A stretch of DNA of 64,000 nucleotides. Origin: Nemertoderma westbladi. Lineage: Eukaryota > Animalia > Xenacoelomorpha. The notes under the pieces were generated by a model. It had not been told where the DNA came from and searched no databases. It saw only the letters and a program-made list of their open reading frames with translations. Location of the stretch: contig JAUCBJ010005427.1 in assembly GCA_032718475.1 (NCBI GenBank), forward strand, positions 1 to 64,000, written 5' to 3'. The position numbers and the translations under genes were made by a program. Shown in pieces: positions 13,101 to 25,617 of this stretch. The stretch's first letter is position 1. Each line of letters opens with the position of its first letter.

Positions 13101-14485
13101 AGTTTCTAGAAAGTCGCTAAGTTGCACGCCAACATGTTTCTCAGTTTCTAGAAAGTCGCTAAGTTGCATGCTAACATGTTTCTCAGTTTCTAGAAAGTCG
13201 CTAAGTTGCACGCCAACATGTTTCTCAGTTTCTAGAAAGTCGCTAAGTTGCACGCCAACATGTTTCTCAGTTTCTAGAAAGTCGCTAAGTTGCACGCCAA
13301 CATGTTTCTCAGTTTCTAGAAAGTCGCTAAGTTGCACGCCAACATGTTTCTCAGTTTCTAGAAAGTCGCTAAGTTGCACGCCAACATGTTTCTCAGTTTC
13401 TAGAAAGTCGCTAAGTTGCACGCCAACATGTTTCTCAGTTTCTAGAAAGTCGCTAAGTTGCACGCCAACATGTTTCTCAGTTTCTAGAAAGTCGCTAAGT
13501 TGCACGCCAACATGTTTCTCAGTTTCTAGAAAGTCGCTAAGTTGCTCGCCAACATGTTTCTCGGTTTCTAGAAAGTCGCTAAGTTGCATGCTAACATGTT
13601 TCTCAGTTTCGAGAAAGTCGCTAAGTTGCACGCAACATGTTTCTCAGTTTCTAGAAAGTCGCTAAGTTGCACGCCAACATGTTTCTCAGTTTCTAGAAAG
13701 TCGCTAAGTTGCACGCCAACATGTTTCTCAGTTTCTAGAAAGTCGCTAAGTTGCACGCCAACATGTTTCTCAGTTTCTAGAAAGTCGCTAAGTTGCACGC
13801 CAACATGTTTCTCAGTTTCTAGAAAGTCGCTAAGTTGCACGCCAACATGTTTCTCAGTTTCTAGAAAGTCGCTAAGTTGCACGCCAACATGTTTCTCAGT
13901 TTCTAGAAAGTCGCCAAGTTGCTCGCCAACATGTTTCTCAGTTTCTAGAAAGTCGCTAAGTTGCACGCCAACATGTTTCTCAGTTTCTAGAAAGTCGCTA
14001 AGTTGCACGCCAACATGTTTCTCAGTTTCTAGAAAGTCGCCAAGTTGCACGCCAACATGTTTCTCAGTTTCTAGAAAGTCGCTAAGTTGCTCGCCAACAT
14101 GTTTCTCGGTTTCTAGAAAGTCGCTAAGTTGCATGCTAACATGTTTCTCAGTTTCGAGAAAGTCGCTAAGTTGCACGCAACATGTTTCTCAGTTTCTAGT
14201 AAGTCGCTAAGTTGCTCGCCAACATGTTTCTCAGTTTCTAGAAAGTCGCTAAGTTGCACGCCAACATGTTTCTCAGTTTCTTGAAAGTCGCTAAGTTGCA
14301 CGCCAACACGTTTCTCAGTTTCTAGAAAGTCGCTAAGTTGCACGCCAACATGTTTCTCAGTTTCTAGAAAGTCGCTAAGTTGCACGCTAACATGTTTCTC
14401 AGTTTCTAGAAAGTCGCCAAGTTGCACGCCAACATGTTTCTCAGTTTCTAGAAAGTCGCTAAGTTGCACGCCAACATGTTTCTCA
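10195..14485. repeat. 39-bp minisatellite, ~110 copies (TGTTTCTCAGTTTCTAGAAAGTCGCTAAGTTGCACGCCAACA-type unit)
   Basis: Highly homogeneous 39-bp period with a few recurrent variants (gctcgcc, gcatgct). It explains the 1172-aa and 1158-aa repetitive ORFs. Confidence 0.98.
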
Positions 14486-15135
14486 ATGACTTTGGACTAA
14501 AATTCCAAACTACGCTATTAAGCAGAGACCGAAGTGTTTCTCATTGTTTACCGTTAGTTGGAAATTCTCCAAGTATGAGTGATGCTTTCACAACTTCGTT
14601 GACTATATAATAGGTAGCTGTTGACACCTTCTTTGGTATAGGGTCTGTCTGGTCTAACGTGTATGATGTTGGGTTTATTAGTGAAAGGATCTTTGTGGTA
14701 TTTTGTTTCGCATTATTGTTTTAATTCCGCGGTAAACCAGGTTGTTCTGGCGTAACTTTATCCGAGATGGCAGTGTTGTAGTCATCATAGTTCCAATGCT
14801 GATGTCCCATTTAATTTCTGAAAGTAGATGTTCCAGCATCTGTGAATCACAGGAATTCCATTTCCTTGTGCTTATAGTTTCTCATTGGGAGTAGGAGAAT
14901 CCTTACGGTGAGATTTCATGGAAATATTGAGATAGAAAGTCATGTAAATGGTCGGGGTACGTAGTTTGTATCAACATAGAGTTGGTGTTTCCTCTCTAAA
15001 TCAATGTGTGTGATAATGACATTGTATAACCAGCGCGATGTGTTGGTTGGTGTAGAAATTGTGTAAGACATAATAATAATATTTCTATAATATTATTAAA
15101 GCGTTCTATAGGATGCGAACTTTGTATCTCATTTA

Positions 15136-15857
15136 CACCACGACCCGTAATTTAGTGTCATTTTCTGATGATTTTCAGAATTTTCTACAAATCTTTATCA
15201 TATTGTTTTAGGTTTGAAACATAATCAGTTCAATGAAGCCGAATGGTTGACCCCATGAAGCCGGAATACCCGATATTTTTTATGGGCGTTTTTAAAAAGT
15301 GTCTATTGTGAAATCGGATCATCCGTAATAGAAAGCTTGCGTTGCAAGGATTCAAAATATGTAACAATATCTGAAGTTGAGAAACAGCTGAGATATAGGC
15401 GTTCAAATATTGCTAGAACGGTCAATCGCTGTGTAGGCCATTTGAGAATTGAATAAAAATACACAAAATTCTAGAATTTGTTATTTGTTTTATATTCAAT
15501 AATTCTTGCAATCTTTGAACGCCTATCTCAGCTGTTTCTCAACGAAATTCAGATATTGTTACATATTTGGAATCCTTGCAACGCAAGCTTTCTAATGATA
15601 TGAAATGATACGACTAAAGTGAAGAATGGCAATGATACAGAGGGTGCGATTTCGCAAAAGACACTTTTTTAAAACACTTATAAATATTTTAAAGGCGAAA
15701 TCGAAAATTCCGGCTCCATGGTAACAACCACGGTGAGTTGAACTAGTTGTGTTTCAAATTTCAAGCAATATGATAAAGATTTGTAGAAAAATTTGGGGGG
15801 GGGGGGGGGGGTCCGTGTCATCAGAAAATGACACTATATTACCGGTCATGCATGATG
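15136..15857. mobile_element. Foldback MITE with long imperfect inverted arms, TA-flanked (Tc1/mariner-like)
   Basis: Arms pair over about 280-350 bp, e.g. tagtgtcattttctgatga / tcatcagaaaatgacacta and agaaagcttgcgttgcaaggatt / aatccttgcaacgcaagctttct. TA at 15134-15135 and 15858-15859. It splits the L2 endonuclease region. Confidence 0.8.
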
Positions 15858-16082
15858 TATATGTTTAAATCCCCAAGAACAATGGTGTTGACTGATGAGT
15901 TGATGTACCATAGAATTTGAAATATTTTTAATCAGTTAATCAATAATTAGTATTTCAATATCATAAGTCAGTCAGAACTAACTATCTTTAAATAAAACTG
16001 TCGTTAGCTAATCCAACTAACTATTTGAGCGACTAACATTATGTCTTATATATATATATTGTCAATATATATAATATATTTT

Positions 16083-16255
16083 CCCAAGTTACCTTAGTTC
16101 TTTCCCATTTATCGACCAGTTAAGAATGAAAGCCAGGGCTAGGCTAGGCTGCAGCTATAACGCACTGTGCCCAAACAGTGTTGCCCCATCTAGGGATCGA
16201 ACCAGGGCCTCCTGATCTGAAGCCCAAGAATATAACGACTAGACAAAGATCTAAT
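16083..16255 (-). mobile_element. tRNA-derived SINE (decayed)
   Basis: The minus strand has a Pol III B-box GGTTCGATCC (16194-16203) in a tRNA-like head. It is followed by GCTTTCATTCTTAACTGGTCGATAAATG, similar to conserved central domains of metazoan SINEs. Confidence 0.6.
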
Positions 16256-16314
16256 GATCTAATGGTAAGTAATGGAATAGCACGGGATATATTAATCGCT
16301 TTATCTCCCTACAG

Positions 16315-16449
16315 ATGGACCCAAAAATTATCGCCTGTGTTAACGACGAACTGAGCAACGAGTTACTCGACCAGGTTGAACAGATAATGCGTAACGAAGG
16401 GATTACAACCCAACCCTCACCGGCTAACTGTCTAGACGAGTGGCTGTAA
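16315..16449 (+). CDS. YAP1: YAP/Yorkie-family terminal coding exon (transactivation domain end), absent from the ORF track
   Basis: Acceptor ttatctccctacag at 16314, phase 0. It translates MDPKIIACVNDELSNELLDQVEQIMRNEGITTQPSPANCLDEWL*, aligning to YAP LQEALSSDILNDMESVL...FLTWL*. Confidence 0.8.
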   Translation: MDPKIIACVNDELSNELLDQVEQIMRNEGITTQPSPANCLDEWL

Positions 16450-16834
16450 CGTAGTGACCTCGGACTGCTATTGTATTATATACCCATACGGGGCTGTGCT
16501 TGAGTAACCATATTGTGTAGTAATACCGACAACTCGTAATAATACAAAGTAATTTATATGATTCCCTTTTATTCGACCGCGAGGAGCGCCATCCTCCGGT
16601 AACAATCCGCACAGGTTAGTTGCTACAAGTATTTCTAGAATTATCAATATATATCCGGGAGTATTTAGTTATATAGAAAGGAATACCGATGAATATTAAA
16701 TTAGCAAATTTATAATGGAAAATATTATTATTAGCCCAAATTACAAATAATATTCCAGATTCCAGACTCTATGAAAATGTTTAAAGATTTAAATTTCATC
16801 CCAATTATTTTGACGATTTTTACCGCATTCGGAC

Positions 16835-16840
16835 AATAAA
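16835..16840 (+). promoter_or_regulatory. Candidate poly(A) signal for the YAP transcript
   Basis: First AATAAA I found after the stop at 16449, followed by G-rich and T-rich sequence. Positional inference only. Confidence 0.35.
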
Positions 16841-17465
16841 TAATGAGTTTATGATGCCGGGGGGGGGGGGGGGGGGTCTAATATTCAGCTGTATTCTCAT
16901 TGGATTATTAATAATTGCATGGAGTTTATTTTGTACATTTAATTATCGAATTAATTATTTATGTTTGTTGATATTTAATGTTATTTACATTTCGTTTTAT
17001 TAATTATTGTGAATTTCTATATTTTCATAAAACTGTAAATTGAGTGTGATTGCCTTAATTTATTATTTAATATTTTTAATTTTTTGTTTTCCCTGAGGTA
17101 TTTTATTCCGAATTATCGTATTAAGAAATCCCAACTGATAATTAATTACTTTCAGTTTTAGGTAATTTCATTAAAACCGCCGCGTCTTTCTTTATCCGGT
17201 CGCCGGTGGCAACGAGATAGATTTAATGAAATATTATTTCTAATTTTATCCCAATTTAACAAACTCACACAAAATTAGATTTTAAATCGTGTTGATTTAT
17301 AGTTTTATTATTAATTGTTATTAACCAACCCAACCTCCAACCTCGCCCTCCTTTAAGCCCAAATATAACGCTAACTATAATAACCAAATATAAATTCATT
17401 TAACACAAACACAATAAACGACGCATTTAAATATTTTAAACGCACTCATTCTTATAATATAGTGC

Positions 17466-20400
17466 AACTCGCACACTAACTCCCACACTAACTCCCACTT
17501 TAACTCCCACACTAACTCTAACTCCCACTCCCACACTAACTCCCACTGTAACTCCCACTTTAACTCCCACACTAACTCCCACTCCCACTGTAACTCCCAC
17601 ACTAACTCCCACTCCCACTGTAACTCCCACACAACCTCTAATTCCCACACTAACTCCCACTGTAACTCCCACTCTAACTCCCACACTAACAGCCACTCCC
17701 ACTGTAACTCCCACACTAACTCCCACTCCCACTGTAACTCCCACTCTAACTCCCACACTAACTCTAACTCCCACTCCCACACTAACTCCCACTGTAACTC
17801 CCACTTTAACTCCTACACTAACTCTAACTCCCACTCCCACACTAACTCCCACTGTAACTCCCACTGTAACTCCCACTTTAACTCCCACACTAACTCCCAC
17901 TCCCACTGTAACTCCCACTCTAACTCCCACACTAACTCCCACTATAACTCCCACTCTAACTCCCACTCTAACTCCCACACTAACACCCACTCTAACTCCC
18001 ACACTAACTTCCACTCTAACTCTTAACTCCCACTGTAACTCCCACTCTAACTCTAACTCCCACTGTAACCCCCACTCTAACTTCCACGCTAACTCCCACA
18101 CTAACTCCCACTCCCACTGTAACTCCCACACTAACTCCCACTCCCACTGTAACTCCCACACAACCTCTTATTCCCACACTAACACCCACTGTAACTCCCA
18201 CTCTAACTCCCACACTAACTCCCACTCCCACTGTAACTCCCACACTAACTCCCACTCCCACTGTAACTCCCACTCTAACTCCCACATTAACTCCCACTCT
18301 AACTCCCACACTAACTCCCACTCCCACTGTAACTCCCACACTAACTCTAACTCCCACTCCCACACTAACTCTAACTCCCACACCAACTCCCATTCCCACA
18401 CTAACTCCCACTCTAACTCCCACAATAACTCCCACACTAACTCCCACTCTAACTCTAACTCCCACTGTAACTCCCACACTAACTCTAACTCCCACTCTAA
18501 CTCCCACTCTAACTCTAACTCCCACTGTAACTCCCACACTAACTCTAACTCCCACTCTAACTCTAACTCCCACTCTAACTCTAACTCCCACTGTAACTCC
18601 CACACTAACTCTAACTCCCACTCTAACTCCCACTCTAACTCTAACTCCCACTGTAACTCCCACACAACCTCTAATTCCCACACTAACACCCACTGTAACT
18701 CCCACTCTAACTCCCACACTAACTCCCACTCCCACTGTAACTCCCACACTAACTCCCACTCCCACTGTAACTCCCACTCTAACTCCCACATTAACTCCCA
18801 CTCTAACTCCCACACTAACTCCCACTCCCACTGTAACTCCCACACTAACTCTAACTCCCACTCCCACACTAACTCTAACTCCCACACCAACTCCCATTCC
18901 CACACTAACTCCCACTCTAACTCCCACAATAACTCCCACTCTAACTCCCACACTAACTCCCACTCTAACTCTAACTCCCACTGTAACTCCCACACTAACT
19001 CCCACTCCCACTGTAACTCCCACACAACCTCTAATTCCCACACTAACTCCCACTGTAACTCCCACTCTAACTCCCACACTAACTCCCACTGTAACTCCCA
19101 CACTAACTCCCACTCCCACTGTAACTCCCACTCTAACTCCCACATTAACTCCCACTCTAACTCCCACACTAACTCCCACTCCCACTGTAACTCCCACACT
19201 AACTCTAACTCCCACACTAACTCTAACTCCCACACCAACTCCCATTCCCACTCTAACACCCACTCTAACTCCCACACTAACTCTAACTCCCACACAAACT
19301 CCCACTCCCACTGTAACTCCCACACTAACTCTAACTCCCACTCTAACTCCCACACTAACTCCCACTCTAACTCCCGCTCCCACTCTAACTCCCGCTCCCA
19401 CTCTAACTCCCACACTAATTCTAACTGCCACACTAACTCCCACTCTAACTCCCACACTAACTCCCACTCTAACTCCCACACTAACTCCCACTCCCACTGT
19501 AACTCCCACACTAACTCTAACTCCCACTCCAACACTAACTCTAACTCCCACACCAACTCCCATTCCCACTCTAACACCCACTCTAACTCCCACACTAACT
19601 CTAACTCCCACACAAACTCCGACTCCCACTCCCACTGTAACTCCCACACTAACTCTAACTCCCACTCTAACTCCCACACTAACTCCCACTCTAACTCCCG
19701 CTCCCACTCTAACTCCCGCTCCCACTCTAACTCCCACACTAATTCTAACTGCCACACTAACTCCCACTCTAACTCCCACACTAACTCCCACTCTAACTCG
19801 AACTCCCACACTAACTCCCAGAATAACTCCCACTCTAACTCTAATTCCCACACTAACTCCCTCTAACTCCCACTCTAACTCCAACTCCCTCTCTAACTCC
19901 CACTCTATCTCCCACACTAACTGCCCCACTAACACCACCTCCCGCTCTATCTCCCACACTAACTCTAACTCCCGCTCCCACTCTAACTTCCACGCTAACT
20001 CCCACACTAACTCCCACTCTAACTCCCACTTAACTCCCACTCCCACTCTAACTACGACACTAACTGCCACACTAACTCCCACTCCCACTGTAACTCCCAT
20101 ACTAACTCTAACTCCCATACTAACTCCCACACTAACTCCCACACTAACTCCCACTGTAACTCCCACACTAACTCCCACTCCCACTCTAACTCCCACACTA
20201 ACTCCCACTCTAACTCCCACTCCCACTCTAACTCCCACACTAACTGCCACTCCCACTGTAACTCCCACACTAACTCTAACTCCCACTATAACTCCCAGTC
20301 CCACTCTATCTCCCACTCCCACTGTAACTCCCACACTAACTCGCACTCCCACTCTAACTCCCACTCTAACTCCCACACTAATAACCCACTCTAACTCCCA

Positions 20401-23400
20401 TTCCAACTCTAACTCCTACAGTAACTCTAACTCCCACTCTAACTCCCACACTAACTCCCACACCCACTCTAACCCCCACTCTATCTCCCACTCCCACTGT
20501 AACTCCCACACTAACTCCCACTCCCACTATAACTCCCACTCGAACTCCCACTCTAACTCCCACACTAAATCCCTCTCTAACTCCCACTCTAACATCCACT
20601 CTAACTCGCACACTAACTCCCACTCTAACTCTAACTCCCACAGTAACTCTAACTCCCACTCTAACTCCCACTCTAACTCCCACTCTAACTCCCACTCTAA
20701 CTCCCACACTAACTCTAACTCCCACTCTAACTCACACTCTAACTCCCACTCTAACACCCACACTAACTCAGACTCTAACTCCCACTCTAACTCCCACTCT
20801 AACTCCCACACTAACTCAAACTCCCACTCTAAATCCCACTCTAACTCCCACACTAACTCCCACACCGACTCTAACTCCCACACTAACTCCCACTCTAACT
20901 CCCACTCTTACTCCCACTCTAACTCCCACTCTAACTCCCACACTAACTCTAATTCCCACTGTAACTCCCACACTAACTTCCACTCCCGCTCTAACTCCCA
21001 CACTAACTCCCACTCTAAATCCCACTCTAACTCCCACACTAACTCCCATCCCACTCTAACTCCCACACTAACTCTAACTCCCACCCGAACTCCCACACTA
21101 ACTCAAACTCCCACTCTAAATCCCACTCTAACTCCCACACTAACTCCCACACCGACTCTAACTCCCACACTAACTCCCACTCTAACTCCCACTCTTACTC
21201 CCACTCTAACTCCCACTCTAACTCCCACACTAACTCTAATTCCCACTGTAACTCCCACACTAACTTCCACTCCCGCTCTAACTCCCACACTAACTCCCAC
21301 TCTAAATCCCACTCTAACTCCCACACTAACTCCCATCCCACTCTAACTCCCACACTAACTCTAACTCCCACCCGAACTCCCACTCCCACTCTAACTCCCA
21401 CACTAACTCCTACTCTAACTCCCACACTAACTCACACACACTCTAACTCTCACTCTAACTCCCACTCTAACTCCCACTCTAACTCCCACGCTAACTCCCA
21501 CTCTAACTCCCACACTAACTCCCTCTCTAACTAACACTCTAACTCCCACACTAACTCCCACCCTAACACCCACTCTAACTCCCACACTAACTCCCACTCT
21601 AACTCCCACACTAACTCCCACTCTAACACCCATTCTAACTCCGACACTAACTCCCTCTCTAACCCCCATTCTAACTTCCACACTAAATCCCTCTCTAACT
21701 CCTACTCTAACTCCCACACTAACTACCACTCTAACTCCCACTCTAACTCGAACTCCCACACTAACTCCCACACTAACACCCACTCTAACTCCCACAATAA
21801 CTCCCACACTAACACCCACTCTAACTCCCACACTAACTCCCACACTAACACCCACTCTAACTCCCACACTAACTCCCACTCTAACACCCACTCTAACTCC
21901 CACACTAACTCCCTCTCTAACTCCCACACAAACTCTCACTCCCACTCTAACTCCCACTCCAACACTAACACCCACTCTAACTCCCACACTAACTCCCACA
22001 CTAACACCCACTCTAACTCCCACACTAACTCCCACTCTAACACCCACTCTAACTCCCACACTAACTCCCTCTCTAACTCCCACACAAACTCTCACTCCCA
22101 CTCTAACTCCCACTCCAACACTAACTCCCACACTAACTCCCACTCGAACTCCCACTCGAACTCCCACTCGAACTCCCACTCTAACTCCCACTCTAACTCC
22201 CGCACTAACTCCCACTCTAACTCCCACTCTAACTCCCACTCTAACTCCCACACTAACTCCCACACTAACTCCCACACTAACTCACACTCTAACTCCCACT
22301 CTAACTCCCACACTAAATCCCACTCTAACTCCCACTCTAACTCCCACACTAACTATAACTCCCACACTAACTCTAACTCCCACACTAACTCCCAATCCCA
22401 CTCTAACTCCAACTCCCACTCTAACTCCCACTCTAACTCCCACTCTAACTCCCACTCTAACTCCCACACTAAATCCCACTCTAACTCCCACTCTAACTCC
22501 CACACTAACTCAAACTTCCACTCCCACACTAACTCTAACTCCCACACAAACTCCGACTCCCACTCCCACTCTAACTCCCACACTAACTCTAACTCCCACT
22601 CTAACTCCCACTCTAACTCCCACTCTAACTCCCACTCTAACTACCACACTAACTCCCACTCCCACACTAACTCTAACTCCCACACTAACTCCCACTCTAA
22701 CTCCCACTCTAACTCCCACTCTAACTCCCACTCTAACTCCCACACTAACTGCCACTCCCACTCTAACTCCCACACTAACCCTCACTCAACTCCCACACTA
22801 ATTCCCACTCTAACTCTTATCTCTCACACTAACTCCCACTCCCACACTTACTCTAACTCCCACACTAACTCCCACTCCCACACTAACTCTAACTCCCATA
22901 CTAACTCCCACTCCCACACTAACTCCCACTCTAACTTCCACACTAACTCTAACTCCTACACTATCTCCCATTCTAACTCCCAATCTAACTCCACCACTAA
23001 CTCCCACTCCCACACTAACTCTAACTCCCACACTAACTCCCACTCTAACTCCCACTCTAACTCCCCCACTAAATCCCTCTCTAACTCCCACTCGAATTCC
23101 CACACTTACTCCCACTCCCTCTCTAAATCCCACACTAACTCTAACTCCACACTAACTACCACTATAACTCTCACACTAACTCCCACTCCCACACTAACGC
23201 TAACTCCCACACTAACTCCCACTCTAACTCCCAATCCCACTCTAACTCCAACTCCCACTCTAACTCCCACTCTAACTCCCACTCTAACTCCCACTCTAAC
23301 TCCCACACTAAATCCCACTCTAACTCCCACTCTAACTCCCACACTAACTCAAACTTCCACTCCCACACTAACTCTAACTCCCACACAAACTCCGACTCCC

Positions 23401-24679
23401 ACTCCCACTCTAACTCCCACACTAACTCTAACTCCCACTCTAACTCCCACTCTAACTCCCACTCTAACTCCCACTCTAACTACCACACTAACTCCCACTC
23501 CCACACTAACTCTAACTCCCACACTAACTCCCACTCTAACTCCCACTCTAACTCCCACTCTAACTCCCACACTAACTCTAACTCCCACACTAACTGCCAC
23601 TCCCACTCTAACTCCCACACTAACCCTCACTCAACTCCCACACTAATTCCCACTCTAACTCTTATCTCTCACACTAACTCCCACTCCCACACTTACTCTA
23701 ACTCCCACACTAACTCCCACTCCCACACTAACTCTAACTCCCATACTAACTCCCACTCCCACACTAACTCCCACTCTAACTTCCACACTAACTCTAACTC
23801 CTACACTATCTCCCATTCTAACTCCCAATCTAACTCCACCACTAACTCCCACTCCCACACTAACTCTAACTCCCACACTAACTCCCACTCTAACTCCCAC
23901 TCTAACTCCCCCACTAAATCCCTCTCTAACTCCCACTCGAATTCCCACACTTACTCCCACTCCCTCTCTAAATCCCACACTAACTCTGACTCCACACTAA
24001 CTACCACTATAACTCTCACACTAACTCCCACTCCCACACTAACGCTAACTCCCACACTAACTCCCACTCTAACTCCCACACTAACTATAACTCCTACTCC
24101 CACACTAACTCCATCTCCACACTAACTCCCACTCTAACTCCCACTCCCACACTAACTCTAACTCCCACACTAACTCTAACTCCCACACTAACTCCCACAC
24201 TAACTCCCTCTCTAACTACCACACTAACTTCCACTCCCTCTCTAACTCCCACACTATCTCCCACTCTAACTCCCACTCTAACTCCCACACTAACTCCCTC
24301 TCTAACTCCCACACTAACTCCCTCTCTAACTCCCACTCTATCTCCCTCTCTAACTCCCACTCTAACTCCCTCTCTAACTCCCACTCCCACTCCCTCTCTA
24401 ACTCCCACTCTAACTCCCACACTAACTCCCACTCCCTCTCTAACTCCCACTCTAATTCCCACACTAACTCCCTCTCTAACTCCCACTCTAACTCCCACAC
24501 TAACTCCCACTCTAACTCCCTCTCTAACTCCCACTCCCTCTCTAACTCCCACTCTAACTCCCACACTAACTCCCACTCCCTCTCTAACTCCCACTCTAAT
24601 TCCCACACTAACTCCCTCTCTAACTCCCTCTCTAACTCCCACTCTAACTCCCACACTAACTCCCTCTCTAACTCCCACT
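17466..24679. repeat. Degenerate hexamer-based satellite (ACTCCC/ACTCTA/ACACTA/ACTGTA), ~7.2 kb
   Basis: Strong strand asymmetry (G-rich minus strand, GGGAGTTAGAGT). Internal block duplications at offsets 287 and 845. Source of the VGVR/WELE ORFs. Confidence 0.97.
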
Positions 24680-25617
24680 GTTTGTTTCTCAGATGAATAT
24701 TTACATTGAATTAGAAACCTCATAATTACTGTGATTTATTTTCTTTCTTTCCAAACCAAAACATTAAGTAAATCACATTAGTTGTAGTTATTATCTATTT
24801 AATTTCGTCTTATATTTGTGACACTTAATTATTATTTAATTATCGCGCCACTAATAATAATTCAGCCATTCATTCATTCCATTAGCATTATGTTTCTAAT
24901 TATTTATGTGTGCATTACATTGTAGAATGTCGGAGTGTTTACTATTTATTTGGAACGATAATTATAATAATCTGAATAATTTGAGAGATTATTAATTAAG
25001 TATAATTAATATATTATCAGGTTTGCGTGTAAATTATTATTTACACACAAAAATGTGTGTAAAGTATCACTTTACAGTACTGATTTACAGTACGGACGAA
25101 CGTAGCGAGTGAATATAAAGCCACGAGGATCTGAACTCTGGAAAGTTCGTTGTTTTATTCCAAATTAATCCATTACGAAACTATTGCTTTGAAGAAGCTT
25201 ATTAAATAAAAATATAAATTTTTATTGGATTTTCTCGAATTTTATGTTAGAAATTGATACCGACCGATACGCATCAAAGTAGAAAGTCAGAAGTAATATA
25301 GCAATATAGTTCCACACTTACAGAAAAGTAATAAAAGTTTCGGCTTAAGTTTCATTCTAACCAAACAAAAATGTTCAGCTGTAATGTGATATGTTGTAAT
25401 TAATGTCAAATAAAATTTATTTTAACTTCCCAAAAAGGCACTGAATTATAAAATAAGAAGGTATTCAGTATTTTGCTCTCGCCTTCTAGTGCTAATTTTT
25501 GTAATAATAATTTTTCAAGCATTCAGCATATTTTCGTGTGAACACGATTTTATTACTAAATCCGTAAATATTTATTAGTTTCAAACATTAAGAAGTAAGA
25601 TTTATCAATGTGTCATA

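Larger units (their letters stand above)
10070..15950 (-). mobile_element. Decayed L2-like LINE, internally deleted, containing the 39-bp array and interrupted by a MITE
   Basis: Minus-strand motifs in order: IVLGDLNI (~15862-15890), LTQFLHQPTHRAG (~15030-15070), DPIP (~14640), SLILGEFP (~14560-14582), SKVIEKHV (~14477-14497). An L2-type 3' tail follows: AGCGCTTTAGAA...GCGCTATATA..TTTATTATTATT (10070-10130). Left and right limits are approximate. Confidence 0.72.

Noticed and set aside
10147-14469. 1172-aa and 1158-aa repetitive ORFs as real proteins
   Set aside because: They result from a stop-free 39-bp unit inside a YAP intron. The minus frame is open because it derives from LINE ORF2. 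There is no credible start, and frameshifts occur at 13633 and 14178.
16170-16255. Functional tRNA gene
   Set aside because: A B-box is present, but the acceptor and D stems do not pair convincingly and a SINE-like body follows.
17396-24723. VGVRVG / WELEWE ORFs as structural proteins
   Set aside because: They are translations of a hexamer satellite in overlapping frames with frequent frame breaks.
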